The translations under genes were made by a program, and so were the position numbers. Below, one piece after another: positions 19,207 through 27,708 of a stretch of DNA of 64,000 nt. The DNA is taken from positions 1,430 to 65,429 of the forward strand of contig JBBINP010000001.1 of the NCBI GenBank assembly GCA_037443825.1. Reading direction: 5' to 3'. Under the pieces are notes generated by a model that saw only the letters and a list, made by a program, of their open reading frames with translations, searched no databases and was not told where the DNA came from. Positions within the stretch are counted from its first letter, which is position 1, and the number at the start of each line of letters is the position of its first letter. Origin of the DNA: Candidatus Moraniibacteriota bacterium. GTDB taxonomy: Bacteria; Patescibacteriota; Minisyncoccia; Moranbacterales; JBBINP01.

Positions 19207-19686
19207 TTAAATAGTTTTTAAACCTTTATCCCAGAGCAAGTCAAAAATTGATCTCATCTGTTGGCTAAAAGTTTTGCTAGCAATGATGAAGCCGATGCCT
19301 TCTTCGTTAGGCGTAATCACCGCCACTTTGTCGTCATATATAAAAGTCATGCCGGGATAATCCATAGCTTTTGAAAGCAAACGAACCTCACGTAAGTCCT
19401 GCTGCTGATTTTCCAACCAGCCTTTTTTGAATTCATCATTTTCCGGACGCAAGCATCTGGAGAATATTTTCTTTTCCAAACGTCTAGAAGTGAAAGTGAT
19501 TTTACCATCAGAAGCTTTGCGAAGGTCTCTCATTGATCCGATAGATCGCACGATTTTTTCCCGGCAGGATAGTTCTTCCTCGGCAATCTGGCGCATACCC
19601 TCTTCGCCTTCAAATAATCTTAGTTTTGTGAATCTCTCCCGCACGATGGAAATTTTTTGCAGTTCCGGGAGTGACTTTTCAAACAT
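19207..19686 (-). CDS. hypothetical protein
   Basis: The ORF track starts at 19746, which is a TTG; the first ATG is at 19686 (MFEKSLPELQK). No assignable domain. Confidence 0.45.
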   Translation of the reverse strand: MFEKSLPELQKISIVRERFTKLRLFEGEEGMRQIAEEELSCREKIVRSIGSMRDLRKASDGKITFTSRRLEKKIFSRCLRPENDEFKKGWLENQQQDLREVRLLSKAMDYPGMTFIYDDKVAVITPNEEGIGFIIASKTFSQQMRSIFDLLWDKGLKTI

Positions 19687-19763
19687 GGCAATTTTGGCTT
19701 CGAGCAGCCCCTGTTGAAGTTGAATGGAATTTTCAGGATAAACCAAAAGTTAAAAAGGAGAAA

Positions 19764-20084
19764 ATGACGGAAAATGAGTTTTGGCAATGGGTCAAAACCG
19801 GAGGCGGCTTGGAAAAATTAAACATTTCCAGCGAGAAACGTCAAATAACCCTGGATTTCCTCGGGGCATGTATTGGAGAAACAGATAATATGTCTTGTTC
19901 GTGGGATAATCCGACAAAATTAGCCGGCTCTCTTTATGGAATGTTTTATCGGACAATAAAAAACAAGGGAGATATAGTGGAGCACATGGGGAAAAAGTAC
20001 AAAATAATAAGTAGTTACTTTTCTTCTGAATATAAAGAAAGTGATTTGGACAAACACGTTTTGGTTATAATAGAGGAGGAGTAA
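19764..20084 (+). CDS. hypothetical protein (106 aa)
   Basis: ATG at 19764 is preceded by AAAAGGAG. The ORF track start at 19671 overlaps the divergent gene. Confidence 0.5.
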   Translation: MTENEFWQWVKTGGGLEKLNISSEKRQITLDFLGACIGETDNMSCSWDNPTKLAGSLYGMFYRTIKNKGDIVEHMGKKYKIISSYFSSEYKESDLDKHVLVIIEEE

Positions 20085-20088
20085 AAAA

Positions 20089-20122
20089 TGGCCTGCTGAA
20101 TTTTCAGCAGGCCATTAAAATT
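20089..20122. terminator. strong hairpin GGCCTGCTGAA/TTCAGCAGGCC, likely terminator
   Basis: 11-bp perfect inverted repeat immediately after the stop codon at 20084; the T-run after it is weak. Confidence 0.45.
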
Positions 20123-20203
20123 GGATGAGCAAGTAATTTTGACATAAAACGGGAAAATTTATACAATTAAAAGACGCGACTAACTCCTGTCTTCAAATTC
20201 TTT

Positions 20204-21454
20204 ATGTTGTATAAATGTCTTCAAAAAAGCGATTTGCGGGCGTATCAGGCGGTTCTCGGAGAGATTTGCCGCCAGCGGGAGGGACTGGAAATGATTGCTT
20301 CGGAAAATTATGTTTCAGAAGCGGTTTTGGAAGCCATGGGGACGGTTTTTACAAACAAATACTCGGAAGGTTATCCGGGTCGCCGTTATTATGGCGGACA
20401 GATTTATACCGATGTCATTGAAAAGTTGGCTGTCGATCGCGCTAAAAAATTGTTTGGAGCAGAACATGTGAATGTCCAGCCGCTTTCCGGGGCGCCGGCC
20501 AACATGATTGCCTATAACGCCGTTTTGACGCCCGGCGATAAAGTTCTAGGAATGGACCTTTCGCACGGAGGGCATCTTACGCACGGGCATCCGGTAACAT
20601 TTTCGGCGCAAGTTTACAATTTCATAAGATATAAAACTGAAGCCGATGGCGAAATAGATTACGAAAAACTGGAAAAAATGGCGCTAAAAAACAAACCCAA
20701 ACTTATTTTAGCCGGTTTTTCCGCCTATACTCGCCAGTTGGATTATAAAAAATTTCAAATTATCGCCGAAAAATCCGGCGCTATTTCCATGATTGATATT
20801 GCTCATATCGCCGGTCTTATTGCTGGAAAAGCGCTGCCCAACCCTGTTCCTTATTTTGACATTGTGACAACCACGACGCACAAAACGCTCCGCGGTCCCA
20901 GGGGAGGAATGATTATGTGTAGAAAAAAATTCGCCTCTTCCGTTGATAAGGCGTGTTTTCCCGGTTTTCAGGGCGGTCCGCATATGCATCAGATTGTGGC
21001 CAAAGCCGTATGTTTTGGCGAAGCACTGAAACCATCCTTTCGCGCTTATGCCGGACAAGTTGTCAGGAACGCGAAAATATTGGAAAAAGAATTGCGCCGG
21101 CGCGGATTTAAAATAATGTTTGGCGGTACGGATAATCACATGGTTCTGGCGGATATTTTTGGAAGCAAGGGAATAAGCGGCAAGGAAGCGGAGGTTGCCC
21201 TGGATAAAATAGGAATCACGGTAAATAAAAATATAATTCCGGACGATTCGCGTCCGCCCATGGATCCGAGCGGCATTCGCATCGGCACGCCGGCGGCGAC
21301 TACTCGCGGAATGAGAGAAAAAGAAATGAAAATAATCGCTGGATGGATAAATGAAGCGGTTGAAAATCATAAAAACAATAAAGCGCTGCAACAAACAAAC
21401 AGGGAAGTAAAAAAGCTTTGCAAAAAATTTCCTTTATATTTAAGGTTAAAATAA
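20204..21454 (+). CDS. glyA: serine hydroxymethyltransferase
   Basis: IASENYVS, the PLP site TTTTHKTLRGPRGG, and overall SHMT conservation. Confidence 0.95.
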   Translation: MLYKCLQKSDLRAYQAVLGEICRQREGLEMIASENYVSEAVLEAMGTVFTNKYSEGYPGRRYYGGQIYTDVIEKLAVDRAKKLFGAEHVNVQPLSGAPANMIAYNAVLTPGDKVLGMDLSHGGHLTHGHPVTFSAQVYNFIRYKTEADGEIDYEKLEKMALKNKPKLILAGFSAYTRQLDYKKFQIIAEKSGAISMIDIAHIAGLIAGKALPNPVPYFDIVTTTTHKTLRGPRGGMIMCRKKFASSVDKACFPGFQGGPHMHQIVAKAVCFGEALKPSFRAYAGQVVRNAKILEKELRRRGFKIMFGGTDNHMVLADIFGSKGISGKEAEVALDKIGITVNKNIIPDDSRPPMDPSGIRIGTPAATTRGMREKEMKIIAGWINEAVENHKNNKALQQTNREVKKLCKKFPLYLRLK

Positions 21455-21460
21455 TCTTTT

Positions 21461-21955
21461 ATGGCTGAAGGAGAAAAATACCAAAGACTGACTTGGGATC
21501 AATATTTTTTAAATCTGGCGAAAGCGGTCGGCAAGAGAGGAACTTGCGATCGCGGGCGGGCGGGTTGCGCGATTGTGAAAGACAGGCGAATTTTGTCCAC
21601 TGGCTATGCCGGGTCGCCGATCGGCATTGTCCATTGCGATGATGTCGGGCATGAGATGCACACCGTGATTCATGAAAACGGCGAAAAAACGCGCCATTGC
21701 ATCCGCACGACGCACGCGGAACAAAACGCCATTGCCAACGCGGCCCGTTTCGGCGCGGCTTTGGAGGGCGCGACGCTCTATTGTCATATGACTCCCTGTT
21801 ACACTTGCGCCAAAATGATTATTAACGCCGGAATTAAAAGAGTGGTTTGCCACATGGATTATCACGCCGGAAAAAGATCCAAGGAAATTTTTCAAGAAGC
21901 GGGCGTGGCCTATGAATTGGTGAACGGCGAAATCCAAAAATACGACGATATGTAA
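21461..21955 (+). CDS. dCMP deaminase (cytidine/deoxycytidylate deaminase zinc-binding family)
   Basis: HAEQNAIANA...PCYTCAKMI zinc-binding motif (HAE...PC..C). Confidence 0.8.
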   Translation: MAEGEKYQRLTWDQYFLNLAKAVGKRGTCDRGRAGCAIVKDRRILSTGYAGSPIGIVHCDDVGHEMHTVIHENGEKTRHCIRTTHAEQNAIANAARFGAALEGATLYCHMTPCYTCAKMIINAGIKRVVCHMDYHAGKRSKEIFQEAGVAYELVNGEIQKYDDM

Positions 21956-22050
21956 ATCAATCGGCCATCATTTTTCAAACATTCGCGTCTATCGCGTTTT
22001 TTGCGTAATTGGAGCGCGCAAATTAATTATTGAAACAAAATATAAATTTT

Positions 22051-22605
22051 ATGCCCAATCTCATTCTGGGTCTGGCGGGGGAAATGGCTTCCGGCAAAGG
22101 CACGGCGGCTAAATATATTGAAAGCAAATACAACGGAAATTCCCACCGTTTTTCCACGCCCTTGCGCGATGTGCTGGATCGTTTGCGTTTGCAGCAAAAT
22201 CGTGAAAATCTGCAAAAACTTTCCACTTCAGTCCGCCAGGCGTTCGGGGAAGACATTTTGGCCAGAATAATTTTTCATGATGCCGAAAACGATCCCAAGG
22301 AAATCGCGGCTATTGACGGCGTGCGCCGATTGGGAGACATAAAATATTTGCGGAAACTGCCGCATTTTAAATTGATTTATATTAATACGGCAATGGAGAA
22401 ACGGTACGAACGCATTATCAGGCGGGCGGAAAACGCGGATGACCGGAACAAAACTTTTTTGGAATTTCAAAAAGAGCAAAATCAGGAATCGGAATCGCAA
22501 ATCCGCGGACTTGAGCCGATCTCCGATTTCATCGCGGACAACAACGGAACGTTGGAGGAATTTTTTAATCAACTTGACGTAATTGTTGAAAAGTGCCAAA
22601 GTTAA
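22051..22605 (+). CDS. P-loop nucleotide kinase, phage T4 Gp1 dNMP-kinase-like
   Basis: Walker A motif LGLAGEMASGKGT; collinear similarity (from memory) to T4 deoxynucleotide monophosphate kinase, including the C-terminal ADNNGTLEEFFNQL. The ORF track start at 22030 is a TTG; the ATG is at 22051. Confidence 0.5.
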   Translation: MPNLILGLAGEMASGKGTAAKYIESKYNGNSHRFSTPLRDVLDRLRLQQNRENLQKLSTSVRQAFGEDILARIIFHDAENDPKEIAAIDGVRRLGDIKYLRKLPHFKLIYINTAMEKRYERIIRRAENADDRNKTFLEFQKEQNQESESQIRGLEPISDFIADNNGTLEEFFNQLDVIVEKCQS

Positions 22606-22650
22606 AAATCTGGGAAGTGTTTTGTTTTGGCCTTTGAAAATTTAATAAGC

Positions 22651-23304
22651 ATGAAAGAAAAAAGCGTTAAAACAAAAGGAAAGTTTATTGTGCTGGAAGG
22701 CGGAGAAGGCAGCGGAAAGAGCAGTTGCATCCAATATCTGAAAAAAAAACTGGCCGGGCGCGACGATGTTGTTTTTACGCGCGAACCGGGCGGAACGCCG
22801 TTCGGATTGAAACTTCGCGAATTGTTGCTGCATAATCGAGAAAAAAGGTCCGGCCTGGCGGAGCTTATGGTTTTTTGCGCTGATCGGGCGGATCATTGCG
22901 AATCGTTCATTTATCCTTCCTTAAAAAAAGGAAAAATCGTGATTTGCGATCGTTTTGATTACTCAACTTACGCGTATCAAATTTTTGGCCGCCAGGAAAA
23001 AGCGCACGAGAACGATTTTAAAACAATAAACCGCGTGGCTAAAAATCCAGGGCGCGCGCGCGAAATCAAGCCCGATTTGGTCGTATTTCTGGATGTTGAT
23101 CCGAAAATCGGATTGACGAGAGTCAAAAATCGTCCCGACGACGACACGGTCTTTGATGCCGAGGAATTGTCTTTTCATCAAAGAGTGCGCGAGGGATATC
23201 GGAAACAAATTGGCTCGGAATGGATTGTTATTGACGCTGGCAAAAGAAAGGAGGATGTTCAGGAAGAAGTTTGGCGGGCGGCGCAAAAAATAATAAAAAA
23301 CTAA
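22651..23304 (+). CDS. tmk: thymidylate kinase
   Basis: FIVLEGGEGSGKSS P-loop, a DRFDYSTYAYQ-type motif, and the lid region. Confidence 0.85.
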   Translation: MKEKSVKTKGKFIVLEGGEGSGKSSCIQYLKKKLAGRDDVVFTREPGGTPFGLKLRELLLHNREKRSGLAELMVFCADRADHCESFIYPSLKKGKIVICDRFDYSTYAYQIFGRQEKAHENDFKTINRVAKNPGRAREIKPDLVVFLDVDPKIGLTRVKNRPDDDTVFDAEELSFHQRVREGYRKQIGSEWIVIDAGKRKEDVQEEVWRAAQKIIKN

Positions 23305-23318
23305 AAAGGAGGAAAAAT

Positions 23319-24722
23319 ATGATCAAAGTCAGATTAGTGTCCAACACAGATGCCGATCCGATAGTTTTAGCGCAATTCGGCGCCAATGTGTGCTACGACA
23401 AAGAAGCTGTTTTTGGGGAAAGCAATATTAATGTGGAAAAAGGCCTTTTTGACAAAGGTCATCACACTACTTTACAACACTGGTTCGCCACTTTTTTGGT
23501 GGAAGGCATCGCGGTTTCGGACATAACTTTCGGTTTTCACCTGACACACCCTTTTTATAATTCCGGACAAAGAAGCGGGCGGTATTGCGCGAGCATGTTC
23601 AATGACAAGGATTATGATGAAACAATCAAAAAATACGTAAGAAAATTTTGGCCGGAAATTTCCGAAATCCAGATGAAGAATGTCGCGGATTACGTGAAAT
23701 TCGGAGTGGAGACGTACAAAGCCAACATATCTCAGGCGGGCAATCTGACCCTTGATTACTTAATGAAAGAAAGGCCGAAAGTTCCGGCAGAAGTTTCGGC
23801 GGAACTGAAAAGAAAGGGTTTTAAGGGACACAAAGATAATGCTTTGAAAATCGCCCAGGAACAAATGAGGGTTTTTATTCCGACGATTTTTCCGACCGGA
23901 TTTCTGCACACGCTTAATCTGACGGCCCTGGCGGCTCTTTATGAAACTGCTTGGACGCCGGCGATGAAATACGCGACTGGCGAAATGGCGCGCCTGGTTT
24001 TGGAAAAATTTCCGCAACTTTCGTTTTTATTCAAAAAAAACAGAAGAAAAGACCATAAGTGGTCAATAAAAATTCCGCGCGTCAAACTTATTCCGATAGC
24101 CAGAAAACCTCGCCTGAAAAAAATGAAAATAAGCGGGGAAAGTAATTTTGTTTTTGCCGCCGCTGGCATGAAACACCCGCTGGATAAGCTGCATTTTAGT
24201 CCGGAAATGATGGACAATTCGGCAAGCGGCGCGGAAATGGAAATTGAAACGTCAGTGGCCACGATGGGACAGGATCAAAGACATAGAACGATTGGCAGAG
24301 GAAGCGCCAAATTTACCGGCGGTTTTTATATGCCGCCGATAATAAGCGAACTCGGTATGGAAAAGCAAGCGGAAATTTTGATGCGAAAATGGATAAATCT
24401 TTCCAGAGAAGTTCCAGAAACATTGGCGATGTGTCTGGCTCCCTACGGAGCGACTGTAAAATACAAAAAACGTGCTTCTTTCAACGCTTTTTTGCATGAG
24501 CAGGGCAAGCGGTCCTGTTGGCTGGCGCAAGAAGAAATCTATCACCTGAGCAGGTCCTTTCGTTTGGCTATTGCCAAAGAAAAAGGCAAAAACTCTCCGC
24601 TGCTGGCTATTTTTGATCCGCCCTGCCGCCAAACCGGCATTTGCGGAGAAGGCAGTCGTTATTGCGGGCGCGAGATCGGCGTTCGTTTGTCCGGCGATTA
24701 TTTTCCCAACAGAAAAATTTAA
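23319..24722 (+). CDS. thyX: flavin-dependent thymidylate synthase ThyX, tandem-duplicated (two ThyX folds in one 467-aa chain; N-terminal copy degenerate)
   Basis: N-terminal half aligns to ThyX (GHHTTLQHWFATFLVEG...SGQRSGRY), but RHR is replaced by THP and the R..AQ.EI motif is lost. C-terminal half retains QDQRHRTIGRGS and KRSCWLAQEEIYHLSRSFRLAIAKEK. The start was moved to ATG 23319, where an AAAGGAGG motif lies upstream; the ORF track starts at 23271 and overlaps tmk. Confidence 0.7.
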   Translation: MIKVRLVSNTDADPIVLAQFGANVCYDKEAVFGESNINVEKGLFDKGHHTTLQHWFATFLVEGIAVSDITFGFHLTHPFYNSGQRSGRYCASMFNDKDYDETIKKYVRKFWPEISEIQMKNVADYVKFGVETYKANISQAGNLTLDYLMKERPKVPAEVSAELKRKGFKGHKDNALKIAQEQMRVFIPTIFPTGFLHTLNLTALAALYETAWTPAMKYATGEMARLVLEKFPQLSFLFKKNRRKDHKWSIKIPRVKLIPIARKPRLKKMKISGESNFVFAAAGMKHPLDKLHFSPEMMDNSASGAEMEIETSVATMGQDQRHRTIGRGSAKFTGGFYMPPIISELGMEKQAEILMRKWINLSREVPETLAMCLAPYGATVKYKKRASFNAFLHEQGKRSCWLAQEEIYHLSRSFRLAIAKEKGKNSPLLAIFDPPCRQTGICGEGSRYCGREIGVRLSGDYFPNRKI

Positions 24723-24733
24723 AACAACCGCGC

Positions 24734-24777
24734 AAGCCGCCTGAAAATCGGGCGGCTTTATTTTTTGTTTTTTTGTG
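24734..24777 (+). terminator. rho-independent terminator after thyX (AAGCCGCC-loop-GGCGGCTT plus T-run)
   Basis: 8-bp stem followed by TTTATTTTTTGTTTTTTT. Confidence 0.65.
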
Positions 24778-24891
24778 ATAAAATAAAAAAATGCAATGCC
24801 GCCATAATTTTGATAAAATCGGGCGGAGATAAAATCAAGCGTTAAATAAAGTTTCCGCGTTTTTTTCAGCGGCCGGAAACTTTACGATAAA

Positions 24892-25221
24892 ATGAATTTT
24901 GAAGAATATCAGAAAAAATCGCGAATAACCGTTAAATATCCGCGAGCCGGAAAAAATTTTGTTTATCCGACTCTGGGATTGGCGGGAGAAGCCGGCGAAG
25001 TGGCGGAAAAAATCAAAAAAGTCATCCGCGACAAAAATGGAATCATTGATCCGGAAACAAAGAAAGCGATTAAAAAGGAATTGGGCGACGTGCTTTGGTA
25101 TGTTTCCCAGCTGGCGACGGAATTGAACGCGTCTCTTAATGAGATCGCCGAGAACAACATTAAAAAACTGTGTGACAGATTGGAGCGGGGTAAGTTAAAC
25201 GGAGAAGGAGACGACAGATAG
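24892..25221 (+). CDS. MazG-like nucleoside triphosphate pyrophosphohydrolase
   Basis: LGLAGEAGEVAEKIKK and ELGDVLWYV are MazG/NTP-PPase helices carrying the EExxE-type metal-binding pattern. Confidence 0.65.
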   Translation: MNFEEYQKKSRITVKYPRAGKNFVYPTLGLAGEAGEVAEKIKKVIRDKNGIIDPETKKAIKKELGDVLWYVSQLATELNASLNEIAENNIKKLCDRLERGKLNGEGDDR

Positions 25222-25389
25222 CAAAAAACGCGAATGTAAAATGCCAAATAGCGAAACTTTTGAAAAAATTTTCACTGAATTTTTTTAATGTCTCGCGCGC
25301 CAGTTGTTAAATTTTAAATTTATCGCAAAAAATTTTCGCCATCGGCGTTTCGCGTATGCCGCCGGGGCGAATCGCGGGGCAGGAAATGT

Positions 25390-26874
25390 ATGAGCAAATA
25401 TAAAGCGACAATCGGGATAGAAGCGCACATTGAACTCAAAAACGAGTCCAAGATGTTTTGTTGCTGCCGAAACGGAATGGGACTGGAAAAAACGCCGAAC
25501 ATTCATATTTGTCCGGTTTGCACCGGACAACCCGGAGCTTTGCCGGTACCCAACCGAAAAGCTATTGAATTTGTGCAGCTGGCTGGCCTGGCTTTGAATT
25601 GCAATCTGGCAAAAAATTCCAAATTTGACCGCAAAAATTATTTTTATCCGGATATTCCAAAAGGATATCAAATTTCGCAGTATGATCAGCCGCTGTGCCT
25701 TGACGGTATGATGAAAATCCCGAGTTTCAAATCCCAGTCTTCTAAAAAAATAGGCATAATTAGAATACACCTGGAAGAAGACACCGGAAAACTGATGCAT
25801 GCCAAGAACGCGGATTATTCCCTGGTGGATTTTAACCGCGCCGGCGTGCCACTGATGGAATTGGTGACCGAGCCAGACATTGAATCGGGAGCGGAAGCGC
25901 GCCTTTTTTGCCAGAAACTTCAGCAGATTTGCCGGTATCTGGAAATTTCAGACGCCGACATGGAAAAAGGGCATATGCGTTGCGAAGTCAATTTATCGCT
26001 CTACAGGGATGGCGAGGATAAACTAAACGGCACAAAAGTGGAAGTGAAAAATATAAACTCTTTTAAATTCGTGGAAAAAGCCATTGATTATGAAATCAAG
26101 CGGCAGACTGAAATTTTGGAAAAAGGCGGAAAAATAACGCAGGAAACGCGCGGATACGACAGCCGGCGCGACATTACGGTTTCGCAGAGAATCAAGGAAT
26201 CGGCGCACGATTATCGCTATTTTCCGGAGCCGGATATTCCGCCGCTGGAATTTTCAGAGGAATATTTTGCCAAGCTGGCGCTGGATGTTCCGGAATTGCC
26301 GGATGCCAAAAAAGCAAGATTAAAAGAACAATACGGTTTGTCGGAAGAGAATATTGAAATTATAACAAGCGAGCGTGATTTGTCGGAATATTTTGAAAAC
26401 GTTATTTCCGAATTGGATGAAAAAATAAAAAGCGGGGAAATTGCGGCTGTTCGGGAAAAATGCGTGAAACTAATCGCTAATTATATGTCCAGCGAACTCA
26501 AAAAACATCTGGTTGAACGAAAACAAAAAATTTCTGAAATTAAGATTACTCCGGAAAATTATGCCGAGTTTATCGGAATTTTAGCCGATGGCAAAATCAA
26601 TTCCAGCGCGGCGCAATCTTTGCTGGCTGAAATGTACGGAACCGGCGGCAATCCGTCGCGCATTGTCAGGGAAAAAAACCTTTCGCAAATAAACGACGAG
26701 AGAGAGCTGGAAAAAATCATCCGGGAAATAATCGGCAAAAATCCCAAATCGGCGGAGGATTACAAACAAGGCAAGCAAAACGCTTTGCAATTCCTGGTGG
26801 GCCAGGCGATGGCGGCGACTAAAGGAAAAGCCAATCCGAAAATAGCGGCGGAGTTGTTAAAAAAGAATCTTTGA
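25390..26874 (+). CDS. gatB: Asp-tRNA(Asn)/Glu-tRNA(Gln) amidotransferase subunit B
   Basis: IGIEAHIELK, the zinc ligands CCC...CPVCTGQPG, and the GatB C-terminal YqeY-like domain. Confidence 0.9.
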   Translation: MSKYKATIGIEAHIELKNESKMFCCCRNGMGLEKTPNIHICPVCTGQPGALPVPNRKAIEFVQLAGLALNCNLAKNSKFDRKNYFYPDIPKGYQISQYDQPLCLDGMMKIPSFKSQSSKKIGIIRIHLEEDTGKLMHAKNADYSLVDFNRAGVPLMELVTEPDIESGAEARLFCQKLQQICRYLEISDADMEKGHMRCEVNLSLYRDGEDKLNGTKVEVKNINSFKFVEKAIDYEIKRQTEILEKGGKITQETRGYDSRRDITVSQRIKESAHDYRYFPEPDIPPLEFSEEYFAKLALDVPELPDAKKARLKEQYGLSEENIEIITSERDLSEYFENVISELDEKIKSGEIAAVREKCVKLIANYMSSELKKHLVERKQKISEIKITPENYAEFIGILADGKINSSAAQSLLAEMYGTGGNPSRIVREKNLSQINDERELEKIIREIIGKNPKSAEDYKQGKQNALQFLVGQAMAATKGKANPKIAAELLKKNL

Positions 26875-26942
26875 CTGTCTCTATTCTGATTCATCGGGCA
26901 TGAGCTGAAGTATTTGTTTAATTTGCATTGCTAAATAAGCTT

Positions 26943-26971
26943 TTGACTTTCTATTTTCTTTCTATTATGTT
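26943..26971 (+). promoter_or_regulatory. putative promoter of lexA (TTGACT-17-TATGTT)
   Basis: -35 TTGACT at 26943-26948 and a -10-like TATGTT at 26966-26971. A weak call. Confidence 0.3.
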
Positions 26972-26975
26972 ATTA

Positions 26976-27012
26976 GCATAGAGTTAAGATAAAATAAGGT
27001 CAAACTCTATGC
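26976..27012 (+). promoter_or_regulatory. perfect 10-bp inverted repeat GCATAGAGTT-N17-AACTCTATGC overlapping the lexA start codon
   Basis: Arms at 26976-26985 and 27003-27012; the ATG at 27009-27011 lies inside the right arm. Confidence 0.45.
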
Positions 27013-27521
27013 TTACAAAAAGACAAAAACAAGTTTTAGACTTTATATCCTTGTATCACAACAAGAAAGGATATGCGCCCTCTTTGGAGGAAATACGCAA
27101 AAAATTTAAACTCGCATCTGTTTCTACCGCCCATTTTCATGTTAAAAAGTTGCAAGATTTGGGGTTCATAGGAAAACAAGATAATAGATCAAGATCAATC
27201 GATATTTACGAAAAAGAAAAAATGGTTAATATTCCACTGTTTGGTTTAATTGCCGCTGGTCAACCTATTGAGGCGATACAAAACAAAGAGATGATCGCCG
27301 TGCCAAAAAGCAAAGTATCGCGCATAGGTGAATTTTATGCTCTGCGAGTAGTTGGTGACAGTGTGATTGATGAAAATATAAATGACGGCGATTTGGTTTT
27401 GGTAAAACAGCAAGCCACTGCCGAAAACGGACAAAAAGTTGTTGCGCTCGTGGATAACTATAAGGCAACATTAAAAAAATTTTATAAGGAAAAAATATAT
27501 AAGATTACAACCAGCGAATAA
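27009..27521 (+). CDS. lexA: LexA-like repressor (winged-helix DNA-binding domain + S24 peptidase), C-terminus disrupted by a +1 frameshift at an A6 run
   Basis: LexA N-domain (LTKRQKQVLDFI...APSLEEI) and S24 motifs (AAGQPIEA, GDSV, VALVDNYKATLKKFYKE). The annotated frame ends ...KEKIYKITTSE*. The +1 frame from 27475 encodes the expected LexA C-terminus YIRLQPANKTIEPIIIKRDRELAIQGIVIDVIRNE, as in B. subtilis LexA ([31 protein letters not shown]). Confidence 0.75.
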   Translation: MLTKRQKQVLDFISLYHNKKGYAPSLEEIRKKFKLASVSTAHFHVKKLQDLGFIGKQDNRSRSIDIYEKEKMVNIPLFGLIAAGQPIEAIQNKEMIAVPKSKVSRIGEFYALRVVGDSVIDENINDGDLVLVKQQATAENGQKVVALVDNYKATLKKFYKEKIYKITTSE

Positions 27522-27708
27522 AACTATTGAACCGATTATTATAAAAAGAGACAGAGAGCTAGCAATACAAGGCATTGTTATTGATGTAATAAGGAACGAG
27601 GAAAATTTACAGGCGGAAAAACTTTTCAAGAGCAAGGAAATAAAAAGAAATAAAACACTCCCATTAAATAAGATTATTTTAGGCGATGCCGCAGAAGAAT
27701 TAAAAAAG

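Noticed and set aside
19427-19717. 96-aa plus-strand ORF
   Set aside because: It is antisense to the minus-strand gene 19207-19686, Ser/Leu-rich, and has no start context.
22030-22050. ORF-track starts at TTG/GTG for several genes (22030, 49627, 53187, 58663, 19746, 27709)
   Set aside because: The ORF finder uses alternative start codons. In each case a nearby in-frame ATG with a better N-terminus was preferred, except for the MTase at 27709. There no ATG exists, which is itself part of the lexA-MTase finding.
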